DNA from: Branchiostoma lanceolatum
Taxonomy: Eukaryota
Assembly: GCF_035083965.1 (NCBI RefSeq)
Contig: NC_089740.1
Location: 9,172,596-9,236,595, forward strand
Length of the DNA stretch: 64,000 nt
Reading direction: 5' to 3'
The notes below the pieces were generated by a model, which was not told the DNA's origin, searched no databases, and saw only the letters and a list, made by a program, of their open reading frames with translations. Both the position numbers and the translations under genes were made by a program. This document shows positions 24,128 to 36,016 of this stretch, piece after piece (position 1 is the stretch's first letter; every line of letters begins with the position of its first letter).

Positions 24128-24704
24128 GTACTGAATCATGTTATTTTCCAGCATTTGGTACAATGAAGACACAATACAACAATAGCTTGTGCATCCTAAT
24201 TACACAGTCACAGTTGCATTTGGTGCGCTTGCCATATTAGATTATCTTGTAGCTAATTCGTTGCATGGTATATGCTAATACATTTAGAACCACCAAAGCA
24301 ATGTTCGTCTAGCAATCAAAATGTGGCCTTTGGGCAGGTTTTCTGTCCCTAAAACAGCACGAAAACAGTGGTTGATGATTGGGTATAATAGTTTATTGAG
24401 AGAAGATGATGTTGATGACAGGAGTCCGTTGGCAGGGAAGGTGATGTTGAAGGGGCAGATTTGGTTTATTATTCAATGTAATTATTTCGAAGAACTACAT
24501 TATTTTTGTTGAATACTATCACTTTCTATGCCTTCGTATGTTTTGATTGTAATGTGTGAAGACCACGGAAAGAATAGGCTCTTATGAGGCTTATTGTGGA
24601 TCTATCATATAGTAAATAAAACTCAAACTCAGGTATAATTTGTACCTTGTCCAATTGTGTGCAGTAAAGTTATTTTGAATGCTTGTATGTCGGTGTTTGT
24701 CACA

Positions 24705-24784
24705 GGAAATCGTACACGGTGGCTGTCCAGAACGTCTCCACCTTGTTGAAGCCTGGAGGGACACTTATTCTCCAGACATACATA
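24705..24784 (+). CDS. N-methyltransferase gene A exon 5
   Basis: Acceptor tttgtcacag|GAA and donor ATAG|gtagat. Translates RKSYTVAVQNVSTLLKPGGTLILQTYI. Confidence 0.75.
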
Positions 24785-25384
24785 GGTAGATTTCCCTAGC
24801 AACGTTGTCATAGCATCATAAAACAAATTTCCAAGGCATAAAATGGTACTGCTACAACTAATGATATTCTCCAAGTTTGACGTACGTCAGTTTGATAAGT
24901 AACTTTACTAGATATCCTGTTTTGTTGTCTATTTAATAGACGTATTTGTAAATTTAAAGATCTTCATACATTGCATCAAGTACATTAAATCGTTGCATCA
25001 TTCCTCAACGCAACTGCCTGCTTTTGTCGTTTATTTATTTGTTTTATTGAATAACATGAAAAAGTAAAGCTTACTAAAAGACACAAACTGCTATTATAAG
25101 CGTCACCACTGGAAAATGAACATTTAAAGCAACAATGATAAACACAAGCACGAAAACGAATAGTAATGCAGCATTGCTTTCTTTTCTCACGAAGGTGCAA
25201 GTTTCTATCATGCCGTTTGTTTGTTTGTGTGTTTCTTTTCATTGCGATATTGGACAGCACAAAAATGCCAGACACAAGCTGCTAATATCAGCATCACCTC
25301 TGCAAAATTGATTTTAAAACCAGAAATGATAAGTGCCAGTAGGAAAACGAATGGTAAGCAACGTTGCTTTGTTTTCTCACGAAG

Positions 25385-25575
25385 GTGCAAGCTTCTATGC
25401 AGTTGGTGGCGTCAGACACCCGACGGTGAAGCTTGACGTGGATTTTGTACTGCAGACGATCTCCGACGCAGGCTTTGATGACGTCAAGTGTTCGTACTAC
25501 CCTGCAGCTAAACGGGAGCACTACACAACTAGTGACGTCACTGCCCTGCTCCATCTAACCGCTAAGAAAATGTAA
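25385..25575 (+). CDS. N-methyltransferase gene A exon 6 (terminal, includes stop)
   Basis: Acceptor ttctcacgaag|GT. Translates GASFYAVGGVRHPTVKLDVDFVLQTISDAGFDDVKCSYYPAAKREHYTTSDVTALLHLTAKKM then TAA at 25573-25575. Lies in ORF 25333-25575. AATAAA about 50 bp downstream. Confidence 0.75.
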
Positions 25576-26309
25576 CGCAACAGCAGATGCCATCTGTTTA
25601 CAGATATGAAAATGACAAAAAGTAAATAAAAAGCTTTATCTAGTATCCCTCACCGGAGTACTCGGGGAGTACTGATGTAAGTTGATGATGATTATCTTTT
25701 GACGTAAACATGTATTTATCGTGTGGTTTAACTTACAAAATAAATGATAGCTGTTATCATTTTTCGCTTATTGTATACATTATTGCTGTCAAAATCATGT
25801 GCTGAGAACCCAGTGCAAAGCAAAAGTGATGCAGGCCAAGAGAAAATTGGAGTATCGAATAAAAGTACACGCGTAATCGCGTATACTGCAAACTGCGTGT
25901 TGTCTTTAATATTTTGCATATGGCGATTTATTATACCTTATTACTGAAAAACTGATAAGTCTATTCTGTCCAGTTTCTGATCGGTGTGGATGTTACCATA
26001 ACGTTGAATTACAAATTAATCCATTTACTTGACCTTCAAAAGAAAACTACCACAATTGCTAGATCATATAACGAAGTGTATTCTCGCGTCTAACTCTCGT
26101 GTGTTCACGCGTGAGGTGGTGTGTCACGAGATTAGTAAAGACATCTTTTCATCTTTTATCTGAAGCTGATAAGGCGGCGATATCTCCCAAATCCCGACTG
26201 ATACCAAACAAATCACATGGTATTGATTTTACACAGGTGAACACAGAGTATACACTGCGATAAGTAGTATGCATAATGGAACATACAAATGTAGCGTAAG
26301 TTTTCACGA

Positions 26310-26475
26310 GTCGCATTGCATGCTGGGAAACGCGAGGCACTTTGGGTAGCGCAGGGGACCGACAACGCGTATGCTGTACCCGTCCGGTCTATGTTGTCAT
26401 GGTAATGACGTTGGCTGTTCGAAGTACTAGTGCTACCCACAGTGCCCTGCGTTTCCCAGCTTGAAATGGGATCCG
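26310..26475. mobile_element. MITE-like element, family copy C (between the two convergent methyltransferase genes)
   Basis: Left arm cattgcatgctgggaaacgcgaggcactttgggtagc. Right arm gctacccacagtgccctgcgtttcccagcttgaaatgggatcc. Core contains catggtaatgacg. Confidence 0.6.
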
Positions 26476-26534
26476 AGAAAAGATCCATGGCCGTGTTGAA
26501 CATTTATATCTCTGTCATTACCTCTTGCTTTAAG

Positions 26535-26811
26535 TTAGATTTTCCTTCCTGTGACATGTAACATGCCCTTTATATCACTATAATGGCATTTTTCTCGCTG
26601 AGGAGTTTTGTACTCAGAAGTCTCCAGATCAGTGAAGCCAGCTTCCGAAAGGCTGGTCAGCACGAAGTCGGTGTCGAGACAGAGAGAATCCGGGGTCTTG
26701 TTACCCTCCTTGTCGACCCAATAGGTGACACCGATGTAGGTTTGTAAGATAAGATGGCCTCCTGGCTTGAGGAGGGAAGAGATGTTCCTTATAGCCTGGG
26801 CGTAAGCAGGC
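26535..26811 (-). CDS. N-methyltransferase gene B terminal exon (equals fused exons 5+6 of gene A; includes stop)
   Basis: Acceptor ttttttaag|GCC. Translates (R)PAYAQAIRNISSLLKPGGHLILQTYIGVTYWVDKEGNKTPDSLCLDTDFVLTSLSEAGFTDLETSEYKTPQREKCHYSDIKGMLHVTGRKI then TAA (plus-strand tta at 26535-26537). Confidence 0.65.
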
Positions 26812-27309
26812 CTTAAAAAAAGAAGAAATCCAAGACCTCATAATCCGTGACTTTTTGGATAGTTTCCGTGAATTTCATGTCTTCGTCGTTATTGTGAATT
26901 TATCGCTAATTCTGTCCATGCATTTTACTGACAGCCTTCGGGATTAACTTTGGGCCCGAGACAAGCCAACCTTTCCATCCTTTTAGTGCTAGTCTTCAGA
27001 TGCACCATCTTCCGCCCCACATCCTGTCACTCTACAATATCCAAATGCCTATGGACACGCTAGCACAAACACAGACCGAAAACAAGAGGTAATAAGCAGA
27101 AATATGCATACCAACGTTGAAAATGAAATATCGAGGGACTGGAAAAAACCTCACATGTTATAAGAGGAAAGAGGGGGCAGGTAAGTATTTTTACTCAATA
27201 TGTAGCACACTACACAGGAATAGGTAATAAGAATCATTGTCATCTATTCTTCTCTTGTTGACCCACTAACCAATGTAACCTAGAAAAGCAGAAAAGTACA
27301 TCTCAATAC

Positions 27310-27465
27310 CTCCCCTTGTCGTAACAGGCCGATTCCAGACAATAGGCAGACATGATGGCGTCGAACGGCTCAAACACAGCCGGATGAAGAGGGTTGGATT
27401 GGAACACGTCACACAGAACTGTGTCCTTAATGGCGCTTCGGAGCTGGTCCTGGCGAGATTCCCAA
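27310..27465 (-). CDS. N-methyltransferase gene B exon 4
   Basis: Acceptor tagtacaag|TTG and donor GGGAG|gtattg. Translates (S)WESRQDQLRSAIKDTVLCDVFQSNPLHPAVFEPFDAIMSAYCLESACYDKG. Also 156 nt, as in gene A exon 4. Confidence 0.7.
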
Positions 27466-27736
27466 CTTGTACTAAATGGCAAAAATAGAAAATTATAAAT
27501 TCACTAAAACACAGAACAGAACAAGTTGAGACACATATAAATTAGGCCAAGTCATGAAATGCATACAGTGAGCTCGCTTTGAAGGCTTGGTATAAATACT
27601 TCAGGAATGAGGAAAATTGGTTTTAGTGATACAAAACATGCAGAATGATATCAGGAATGCAAATATTATCATAAGTAGTGTTCCAAAAAGATAATGTCTT
27701 AGGATTATCACTGATCAAACTCATGATTCTCCCTAC

Positions 27737-27834
27737 CTCGTAGCCTCCAATCCAGTTACGTGCTTGACGAATGGGCTCCAATCAAACGCATGCGTATTAC
27801 CATCCTTCCATTTCTTTATTTCTGCCAAGGCTCC
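27737..27834 (-). CDS. N-methyltransferase gene B exon 3
   Basis: Acceptor ttttttag|GGA and donor ACGAG|gtaggg. Translates GALAEIKKWKDGNTHAFDWSPFVKHVTGLEAT. Also 98 nt, as in gene A exon 3. Confidence 0.7.
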
Positions 27835-28082
27835 CTAAAAAAGATGATAGTACGCTCACCATCAAAAAAAGACGTATTCTGATTCTATCTTAAGTAAATG
27901 TCGATGTAGAGTGTTTGGGAATGATATGGCTTGGAAGAGAGAGAGAGAGATTGTTATCAGATGGAAAGATAGATGGATGGATAGATATATAGATACTATT
28001 GTAGATAGATAGATTTATGAAATACATTTATGCAATGTTTGTAATTTTTGTAATTCTGGACTATTTTCTGGACTATTTATAC

Positions 28083-28192
28083 CTTATGAAAGTCCGAGCA
28101 AATGATCTCCGGAAAAACTCGACTGCCGCTGACCAGTTGGTACACTGTCGGACCTGATCCGATGTCCAGTAGTCTTCTTCCAAAACCACTGC
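28083..28192 (-). CDS. N-methyltransferase gene B exon 2 (SAM-binding motif I)
   Basis: Acceptor gttgttgcag|GC and donor AAG|gtataa. Translates GSGFGRRLLDIGSGPTVYQLVSGSRVFPEIICSDFHK. Same length (110 nt) and phase as gene A exon 2. Lies in ORF 28077-28334. Confidence 0.8.
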
Positions 28193-28822
28193 CTGCAACA
28201 ACAGCGATAAGGTACAATCGGCTCCGTCCCTGAGGCGTCACAAAGATGTGTTGATTTCGTAGACCAAATAATACGTGACTAATAAACCTGGTTTGTAGTC
28301 TCTCCCAGGTCTGTAGGTTGGGTTTCCTGTGCAATTTTAGCTTGTATCTGGCGTTACCAATATCTACATAATAAAAGTCTGGCTGCTTTACTAAGAAAAT
28401 CCACTTTCTTTAAGGCTTACCTGTTCGACGTCAAAGACGGTATCTCACTGGACTGTATGCGCCAAATTACGCTCGCCTAGCAACTTTAAATTTGCGAATT
28501 TTAGCCGATTTTTCCTTGCGTTCACGCTGCCTTGCGACGCACTGTGGAAATACGTGACCTCTACTAATAAAATGGCAAATACAAATCAGATACAAGATGA
28601 CTGGAAACCGACGTGTTGCCACTGAATTAAAACCAAATATACAATGATTAAGATTCATCAAAAATAACTTTGCAGTAATTGTACCGTTTCGCCGATTGCC
28701 ATGTTTTTGAAAATCTTTACACGACAAATCGGCGCCGATATTGGCGAATACTTTGAGCAATTTGTCAGCCCAGTGACCTATCCGTTTAAGAAGTCGCGTA
28801 TTTGCTAATTTGTATTGTGTAC

Positions 28823-28979
28823 CTTCAAGTTGGCTAAATGTCCGGTGAAATTGCGCCATACTCCACGGCATCCATTCCCCTTCATCCGGGCACTTCGCCC
28901 CCGTTAGATCGGAGAAGAAGTAGTCGAGGTACTCTCGGGCACTCTTGAAATATTCGTATTCTTCTTCTTCTGAAGACAT
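28823..28979 (-). CDS. N-methyltransferase gene B (paralog, minus strand) exon 1
   Basis: ATG at 28979 (plus-strand cat 28977-28979). Translates MSSEEEEYEYFKSAREYLDYFFSDLTGAKCPDEGEWMPWSMAQFHRTFSQLEG. Donor GAAG|gtacac. Lies in ORF 28467-28979. Confidence 0.7.
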
Positions 28980-30984
28980 CCTAGCTCTGCCCTTAGATAG
29001 TATTTCTGAATGTGCTGGTGTGTTCCGCCGAAGCTAATTATATTGGCTTTGCAATCCAGGAGCACATGAGGTACGAAGGTCAATATCACGATATACACGA
29101 GAGCTGTATTTGTTTGATGTCTCCTAGTCTTAATTGTAAGATCAAAGAGGCTTAAAAAAGAAATTGATACTAGGATGGGTATGGGGAGGTCATTTCTTGT
29201 CTCTCAATGTCGGATTTTGGTGAGAGAATTTGAAAATGTATCCGACGAGGTATGAACAATTTTTGTGTGGAAAACACTTCAACCTTTTCGCATTGGTGAC
29301 AAAGGTGAAGGTGGCACAAGGACGTTCTAGGCACCGAATGTCAGCATTGACAAATCGTCTCCCTGCGATTTGACATCCTATTGACATTATGGTAAATTCA
29401 GTGAAAGGTTGTTTGGTAGAAATCACGTTGGCGTCGTGCGAGTGGCACTTTTTTTTATTAAAACGACAGCAAGGTTTCTAGTAGTTGCATTTCTTATGTC
29501 AATCGCCAGATGGCGCCATTGAGCAGTAATCTAATGACAATAGTACATACATACATTCATAATACGGATAAACGTTTAATTCTAATCTAACGTCTTTGTA
29601 AAAGTATGAGCCAAACGAATACCACTATATTGATTGGCCCCTTAAAAGACAAGTTGGCAATAGATAGGAAAGGCATAAATATTCATATTGACATACTTTG
29701 CATATGGTTGAAAAAATAAACATGCAAACTGTGTACTAATCACTATATCTAAAAACATAAATAAACACGCAAAACCTTAACATATCTCTTAAAAGCAAGG
29801 TAAAAAAAGAAACGATTACCATAGATTTTCACGGATACTAATTCATAAAAGTGATTACAATATACTAAGTACTAGGATACAATCTCTTCAACAAACAATA
29901 GATACTGTAAAAAACACAATCAATGTAACACAACTACAGCTCTGTGATTTAAAACAATAAGACAATAATAAAACAGGTGATCATAGCTACTTTCATTGTG
30001 ATTGGATGCATTCATCTTTTTAGATGGGGATGTAAAGCCGGCAGCTCCATGATTGGATAAGCTTCGGGTATAAAACCTCTGCAGGTAAAAGAACCCAACA
30101 CACTTATAGGGGTGACCTAGCGTGCTTGGTAGAAAAAGCAAGCCATAGCAAATCTTCATTAAACTAATACTAGCTACTTGAAAATCCATCATGCTTGATC
30201 TCAGTTGAAGATGGCTGCTTTACCTCATTTACTACCTTGGAACTACTATATATATATTTGAAGAGCAGAGTATGTACAGTCTTCAGATCTGTTTGTATCA
30301 TTTGTTTTCTACCCAGTATCCAAAATGCAAGATGGGAGTACATGCATAAAGCTGTATCACCACTTTGGAAAAGTATGTGGAGAGGGAGAGAAATATTCTG
30401 CAGTTGTTGGCAAATCCAATGGCTTTAAGGTAGCAGAACACAGTTTTCGGCCTATGGGGATTTCTATAGTTAAGGGCCACAAAGGGCTTCGACGCGGTAA
30501 AAATGATAGTGCGGTGCACTTGAGAAATACAAAAAATGAATATGTTTGAGTTTAGGGTACAACCTACAAATAACTCAAAAACTAAAAAATTCTGTTGGCG
30601 TATTGGCTCCTCATGCCCACTTTGAAACAGCGCTCTGCAAGAGGTCACTGAACTGCAGCCGACTCACCCTGAGAGGCGGTTGCATAAGAAGGCGCATTTA
30701 CAAACAAAGCAAAAAAAGTCCACCATCCAAATCCTACAGTCTAAAAGCCGACATATTTCTACACCACACAGCACAGTTTACACATGGATGCCTCTCACAT
30801 GCGACTTTCTGCCTAGTCTTCAAGAGTTTGGGCTGCACTACATTTTGTACCCGTGTCATAGCCCCCGGGGGGCACAGAGAAATACTGTGTTCTGCGACCT
30901 TAACTTGACTTTGGCATGGTATGTTTTGGACTTTGTTGCCAGCACCTTATCACCAGCGAGAAAAAGGTTGCTAACAAATTTTGG

Positions 30985-31100
30985 TGTCATTTCTTTCTTT
31001 CTTTGTGTGTGTGTGGACAGTATAACTTGAGAACCTGAGGATGGATCTGTATGACATTTACCATGTAGGTAAGTGTCAGCAAAATGAAGGACAAGTCTGC
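30985..31100. repeat. Dispersed SINE-like repeat, copy 3
   Basis: Contains ctttctttgtgtgtgtgtggacagtataacttgagaacctgaggatggatctgtatgacatttaccatgtaggtaagtgtcagcaaaatgaagg, homologous to copy 2. Confidence 0.5.
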
Positions 31101-31186
31101 CCCTACCAGCTTTCTATGCTTAGCTACAGCAGAACTCATGTTCTCAAGACATTTTGGATTTTCTTCATCTGCATACTTGGGACAAG

Positions 31187-32818
31187 TTAAAAGGTCCCAT
31201 CCATATCTTTTCTCCTATTGTGAGTGTTCATGTGGCGGTTCAGTTCAAAGGTGCGCTTAAAGCCAGCCTGGCAGAGTTCGCACTTGAAGGGCCGTTCCTC
31301 CGTGTGGCGAAACAGGTTGTGCTGCGACAGGTTACTCTTCGTTTTGAATGAGATCTGACACATCTCGCACCGAAACGGCTTGTCACTGATCTCCCGCTGT
31401 TCAGTAAAAGACGTACCGGCAATTACAACCGATGGGGGCGTGTCGGATGAACCCTGTGCTGCCGTGAAGTTTAGGCTGTGGGAAACGAGATGGCGGTCGA
31501 GCTCGTAGCTGCGGCGGAAAGCTGCCGGGCAGATGTGGCACTTGAAGGGCTGCATGCAGTTGTGTACGGAGAGTCGATGCTGCTGTAGAGAGCTCTGGCT
31601 GGAAAACAGGACTCCGCATTCGTCACACAGAACAATGGTGCCCTGCATCACATCTGCTTGGACGTCTGCGCTTGCTCCCAGTGTGGTCTGCAAAAGGACA
31701 TGTTGGTTTCCAACAAAGCGGTCATGTGATGCCAAACTTCTAGAACCCTCACGTGACACCTCTCCTGTTACATCAGGCCGCCGGTTGTCTTCTGACCCCT
31801 GGCCTTCAACCTCATCCAAGATGGCAGTGCTGTCTGATGTGCAAGAGAGCTCCAGTGACCCCATTGTGTCCTCCTGTGAGGTCGTTCTGTTGCCATGGTG
31901 ACCTTGGTTGCTATGGCCATCCTCTACATCAGAGGACAACCTTGCAGAAGGTGACCCACTGCTTGTCTTGAATCGTTTTGTTCTGAGGGAAGCTTGTTGG
32001 CTTCCTTCTTCTGAGTTCCGATTCTCTTGCGATCTGAACGTGGACGTGAATGCCCCATCGTTTTCTTGAGAGCAGGATGTGACTTCATTGTCTTCGTTTT
32101 CTATCTTCACCACAACGGCAGACCTGACGCCATCCCTGTCTCTTTGAGAGAGCCTGTTGGGATTAAAGGTCAACTCCCTGTTGTCATTAGAACATGGACT
32201 CCACTCTGATGTTTCACGTATGACAGCCTGTCTGCTAGGCTCAGGCGAGAAGCTCATAGGAATCCTTGGTGCATTTTTCGTGCCGGATTGACCGGAACTT
32301 GGACGGGATTCGCTCTGTGTAGACTGTCGGTTCTCGGATACGTTCAAGGTAGATGATGTGGCTGCTTTTGCTGTGCATTCTTGTAGCATTGTGCTTAACA
32401 CCGGGTAGCCAAGCTTGCACCTACTGTCGTCTTGCGACCCACTAGAAGGGGACACAGACCCCAAAGGGCTTGACACGCTCGAGCTCTGCCTGTTACCAAC
32501 GTCGCTACTTGTCGAGTGAACGTTTCTCGCTCCGCTAACCTCGGGCGGTGGGCGCAGGGCTGCAGCCAGAAACGTACTGCAGTTGTTGAGTATGTCCATC
32601 ACTTGGAGAAAGTTTGCCGCGTTGTTTGTCTCCAGGGCGTTCTCAATGGTGAGGTTGAGCTCGGAGGTGTACACGAAGTCTAACACGACAGCTACACCCT
32701 GTGGAGTCAGGCCTGGTAGTGTGATCTTGTCGGTTGTATTGTTGGAGAGGACAGATGCGAAGTAGCCGGAGGAGCCACAGAGTATACACTTGTGAGCCCA
32801 GAAGACATAGTCCTGTAC
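31187..32818 (-). CDS. BTB/POZ zinc-finger protein, large terminal exon (rest of BTB domain, Ser-rich linker, 4 C2H2 fingers, stop)
   Basis: Acceptor caatcattcag|GTA, phase 0. Translates VQDYVFWAHKCILCGSSGYFASVLSNNTTDKITLPGLTPQGVAVVLDFVYTSELNLTIENALETNNAANFLQVMDILNN.., which continues the BTB fold. Four C2H2 fingers are at the C-terminus: CDECGVLFSSQSSLQQHRLSVH, FKCHICPAAFRRSYELDRHLVSH, FRCEMCQISFKTKSNLSQHNLFRH, FKCELCQAGFKRTFELNRHMNTH. Contains ORF 31187-32686. Confidence 0.7.
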   Translation of the reverse strand, partial: VQDYVFWAHKCILCGSSGYFASVLSNNTTDKITLPGLTPQGVAVVLDFVYTSELNLTIENALETNNAANFLQVMDILNNCSTFLAAALRPPPEVSGARNVHSTSSDVGNRQSSSVSSPLGSVSPSSGSQDDSRCKLGYPVLSTMLQECTAKAATSSTLNVSENRQSTQSESRPSSGQSGTKNAPRIPMSFSPEPSRQAVIRETSEWSPCSNDNRELTFNPNRLSQRDRDGVRSAVVVKIENEDNEVTSCSQENDGAFTSTFRSQENRNSEEGSQQASLRTKRFKTSSGSPSARLSSDVEDGHSNQGHHGNRTTSQEDTMGSLELSCTSDSTAILDEVEGQGSEDNRRPDVTGEVSREGSRSLASHDRFVGNQHVLLQTTLGASADVQADVMQGTIVLCDECGVLFSSQSSLQQHRLSVHNCMQPFKCHICPAAFRRSYELDRHLVSHSLNFTAAQGSSDTPPSVVIAGTSFTEQREISDKPFRCEMCQISFKTKSNLSQHNLFRHTEERPFKCELCQAGFKRTFELNRHMNTHNRRKDMDGTF

Positions 32819-33561
32819 CTGAATGATTGGATGAATGAATGAACTTTATTGTACAACAGTTGTACAAGGTAAACAGTATGGCAAGTTCTGGCATCAGTTG
32901 GTGCTTATTTCAACAACCATACAATGTTTTTATCTCTTTCCAGTGCCAAATTATTTTTTTTGTGGTAGGAATAACATTTTCTTTATTACAGTAACAAAAT
33001 ATATCAAAAAGTTGAGTGTAAGTCTATTCATGTACGGTACCTGTACATTTCAGTATTTTGGAACTGGACCTAGATAATTTTAGCCCAACCTCGACTAATT
33101 CATGCTCCTATCGGCTGGCCCGACAGTTACTAATCCCAACTTAGTCCCCACCAGCAAAAGTTTGCGTAAACACAGGCTAATCTTCGCACTATACTGACTA
33201 ATGGCACACATCCCTGGTGTGAGTAGTAAGTGGTAATTTGGTACTCTCCAAGCAGAGGTTGGATTTTGGCTTGTTTTTGACATCAACTTACTAGTAGGCT
33301 ATTTTGTTGGGCTAAATCTATTTTGTCCTAGTTTATTTCGGCCGCCAGGTTTATTAGGTATTGATTGATGCTTCTGTCTGCTTGCTCTAGGTTGCTGTTG
33401 GCGGTTGAAAGAAACCTTTGACCAAATATCAAGCCTGACAAAAAACAACTAGTTATAGAATAATTATTGTCAAAAACAAGACAGACCCTAACCTCTGCTT
33501 GGAGAGTGGTAATTTGGGATCTTTCTTATAAGCTGTGATTGGCTGATTGAATGATGCGTAC

Positions 33562-33669
33562 CTGGATTGCGATGTCGCAGAGTTGGTGCCCCGCTCGGCG
33601 CTGCTGGTTCAGCCGGCGCAGCACGTTCTGGGCGTGGTCGGGGTACAGGTGTTTCTGGTGTGTTGCCAT
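33562..33669 (-). CDS. BTB/POZ zinc-finger protein, first coding exon (N-terminal part of BTB domain)
   Basis: ATG at 33669 (plus-strand cat 33667-33669). Translates MATHQKHLYPDHAQNVLRRLNQQRRAGHQLCDIAIQ. Donor CAG|gtacgc, phase 0. Coordinates are good to about 1 nt. Confidence 0.6.
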
Positions 33670-33827
33670 GGTGATCACTGGACATCAGTTTTATTGCACC
33701 TGCAAATTATGTAAACACTTTTACTATCAATATTGAGGGTTACCAAGTACTGTACAGGGGAGATGAAGCCTGGGATGTTCTAAACAATATTTGAGCGCAA
33801 ATACCTACCCTTATTAATAACTGGTGA

Positions 33828-33843
33828 TATCACACACTCTCAC

Positions 33844-33875
<32 letters not shown>

Positions 33876-33892
33876 TTACACACAAATGCAAT
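33828..33892. repeat. (CA)n microsatellite
   Basis: cacactctcacacacacacacacacacacaaacacacacacacttacacacaaa. Confidence 0.8.
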
Positions 33893-35527
33893 TTTTGCAT
33901 GTTTGGAAAATACATGTATGTCGTGTAAAAAGAACATGCCCCTCCCACCATACTCACTGCACTGACTTACCCTGCAACATTTTGGGAAAAGACTTTTGTT
34001 TTGCATCCAAGTGAGATTCTTTGATTCCTGAAAACCATCCAGACACGACTCATACCCTGTAGTCTGAGTACTCAGTGCCTGCTATATGCTGTATGCATGT
34101 GCGACTGCGACCAACAGAAAATACAGGCCTACAAGGATTTGCCGCCCCCCTCCCCCTTTCATTCAAAACAACAACCAGAACGTCACCAAATATACTCCGA
34201 TTCCTGACAAACAAGCGTCCTCACTGTGTTAGATGTTCCAGTTCCTCTTCATAGAAGTGACCTCCACTGCAAAGATTATGCAACGGGCAACCTGTAATAC
34301 AAAATTTCGATATTATAACGAAGCAAGGAAATTTGGACAGATTTACAGAAAGGCTTTCAGGGTCAAAGGTGAAAGGAATATACCAAAACCACTGAGTTGG
34401 GGGGAATCTCGAGAGAAAATGTTAGGTGACCACACTAGATACTTCATTTAAGACAAAGTGCTAGGAGTAGAGAAAATCTTAATCTATCGTTGTAAAACGG
34501 TTAATATCAATATCGTGTGATGCACAGAAGAAAATACTGGTCACAAGAAGGCAAATGGGCTATACCAATCGTTGAAGGGGGGTAAACATTCATTTATTTA
34601 CCAACCTGATGACACTATTAAGGATGTTGTTCACTTATAAGTTTACCACGAAACAATTTGAAACGGTTGCAAGCGGCAATTTTCGCCATTTTTGCTCAAT
34701 TTTTATCGTAACGTTATGATTATATGAACTGTATTGTTTAATCCATTTTCATGATAAGTTTGGCATATAGTCTGCGGTATATTAGGACTGAGCACGGAGG
34801 CAATATTAGGAAATTAAGGCCATTGATTAAAGCTGATTGAAAAATTACAGATTCCATAAAAACTTAATCACATTGATTAGTGTGCATGCTAAATTGTCAC
34901 GAAAGCATGGCAACCTAGATTAGCGTCATGGTAAGCATCTATACATAAACTAGAGTTCCACAAGCTCTAGCTTTATATCCTAGTCTGTATGACGCAAACT
35001 CCGGGTACCCGGTTACGGGCGGCTGCATGACTTAAAAAGCGCGATTAAAATCAGGCTATCAATTTATAACCTTTCCAGACTGATTTCACCTGAATAAGGT
35101 CTTCATGTACAACCTACGTATCCCAAATTGTTCGAAGTATGACATTTTATCATAACAAAGAATATTGAAGTATTTCTTCAGCAATTGTAAATGAAACCCG
35201 GCCACAGTATTCATGTTATATATATGCCTGATAATGTTCAAGAATGAAAGTCTTAGACTAGTAATACACCACTAATGGATTATTTTCTGCTTGATTATGC
35301 AAATTAGGTCTTCATTTGTATAATCTATATTTGTCGATGTTTCTCTCTTTCTCAATTATATTGTTTTGTTCAATGCTCTTTTGTTTCAACGTAACTGTTA
35401 ACTCTATTACAACAAGTCGTAGAAAACTCTGTTACAACTTGTAAAAGAAATATATTATGACCATAGTGGATACTCCTACCTGTTCTATTCTTGCAGTTCA
35501 TCCAGTGATATCAAGTCAGTATGTACT

Positions 35528-36016
35528 ATGTTAAGGTCCAGAATTACCAATATGTATATTCAAACTTTCTGTCACAATTTGAGTATTGATACTGGCAAGC
35601 TAAGGTTTTATAAGACATGCAAAACAACTTATTCCATGGAAAAATATTTAGAATTAGATAACTTCAATTTACGCTCTGCAATTAGCAAAATTAGAATTGG
35701 TGCCTATCCCCTTAAACTTGAAAAAGGGCGGTACAAGCCTGAACTTACCTGTGTGCAAAAGAATTTGTATATAATATACTGCATGTCAAACAAGGTGGAA
35801 GACGAAACACATTTTATGTCAAGTTGCCCACTCTACGACCACGAAAGAAATGAGCTCTTTAAAGAGGCCACCACATTTCATCCTAATTTCTCCACGTTTT
35901 CAGACGAAAAGAAAACTACTCTCCTCTTAACATCACAAAAACCACATATCAACGTTACAGAAAAAGTGGGATCATTCGTCTTCCACTGTCTCGGGAAAAG
36001 AAGTCGAACCCAATAG
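35528..36016 (+). mobile_element. Non-LTR retrotransposon (LINE) ORF2 C-terminal fragment
   Basis: ORF 35528-36016 contains ..CMSNKVEDETHFMSSCPLYDHERNELF.., a C-x(n)-H-x4-C-type Cys/His knuckle typical of the 3' end of LINE ORF2. No RT core is present in the window, so this is a truncated relic. Confidence 0.35.
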
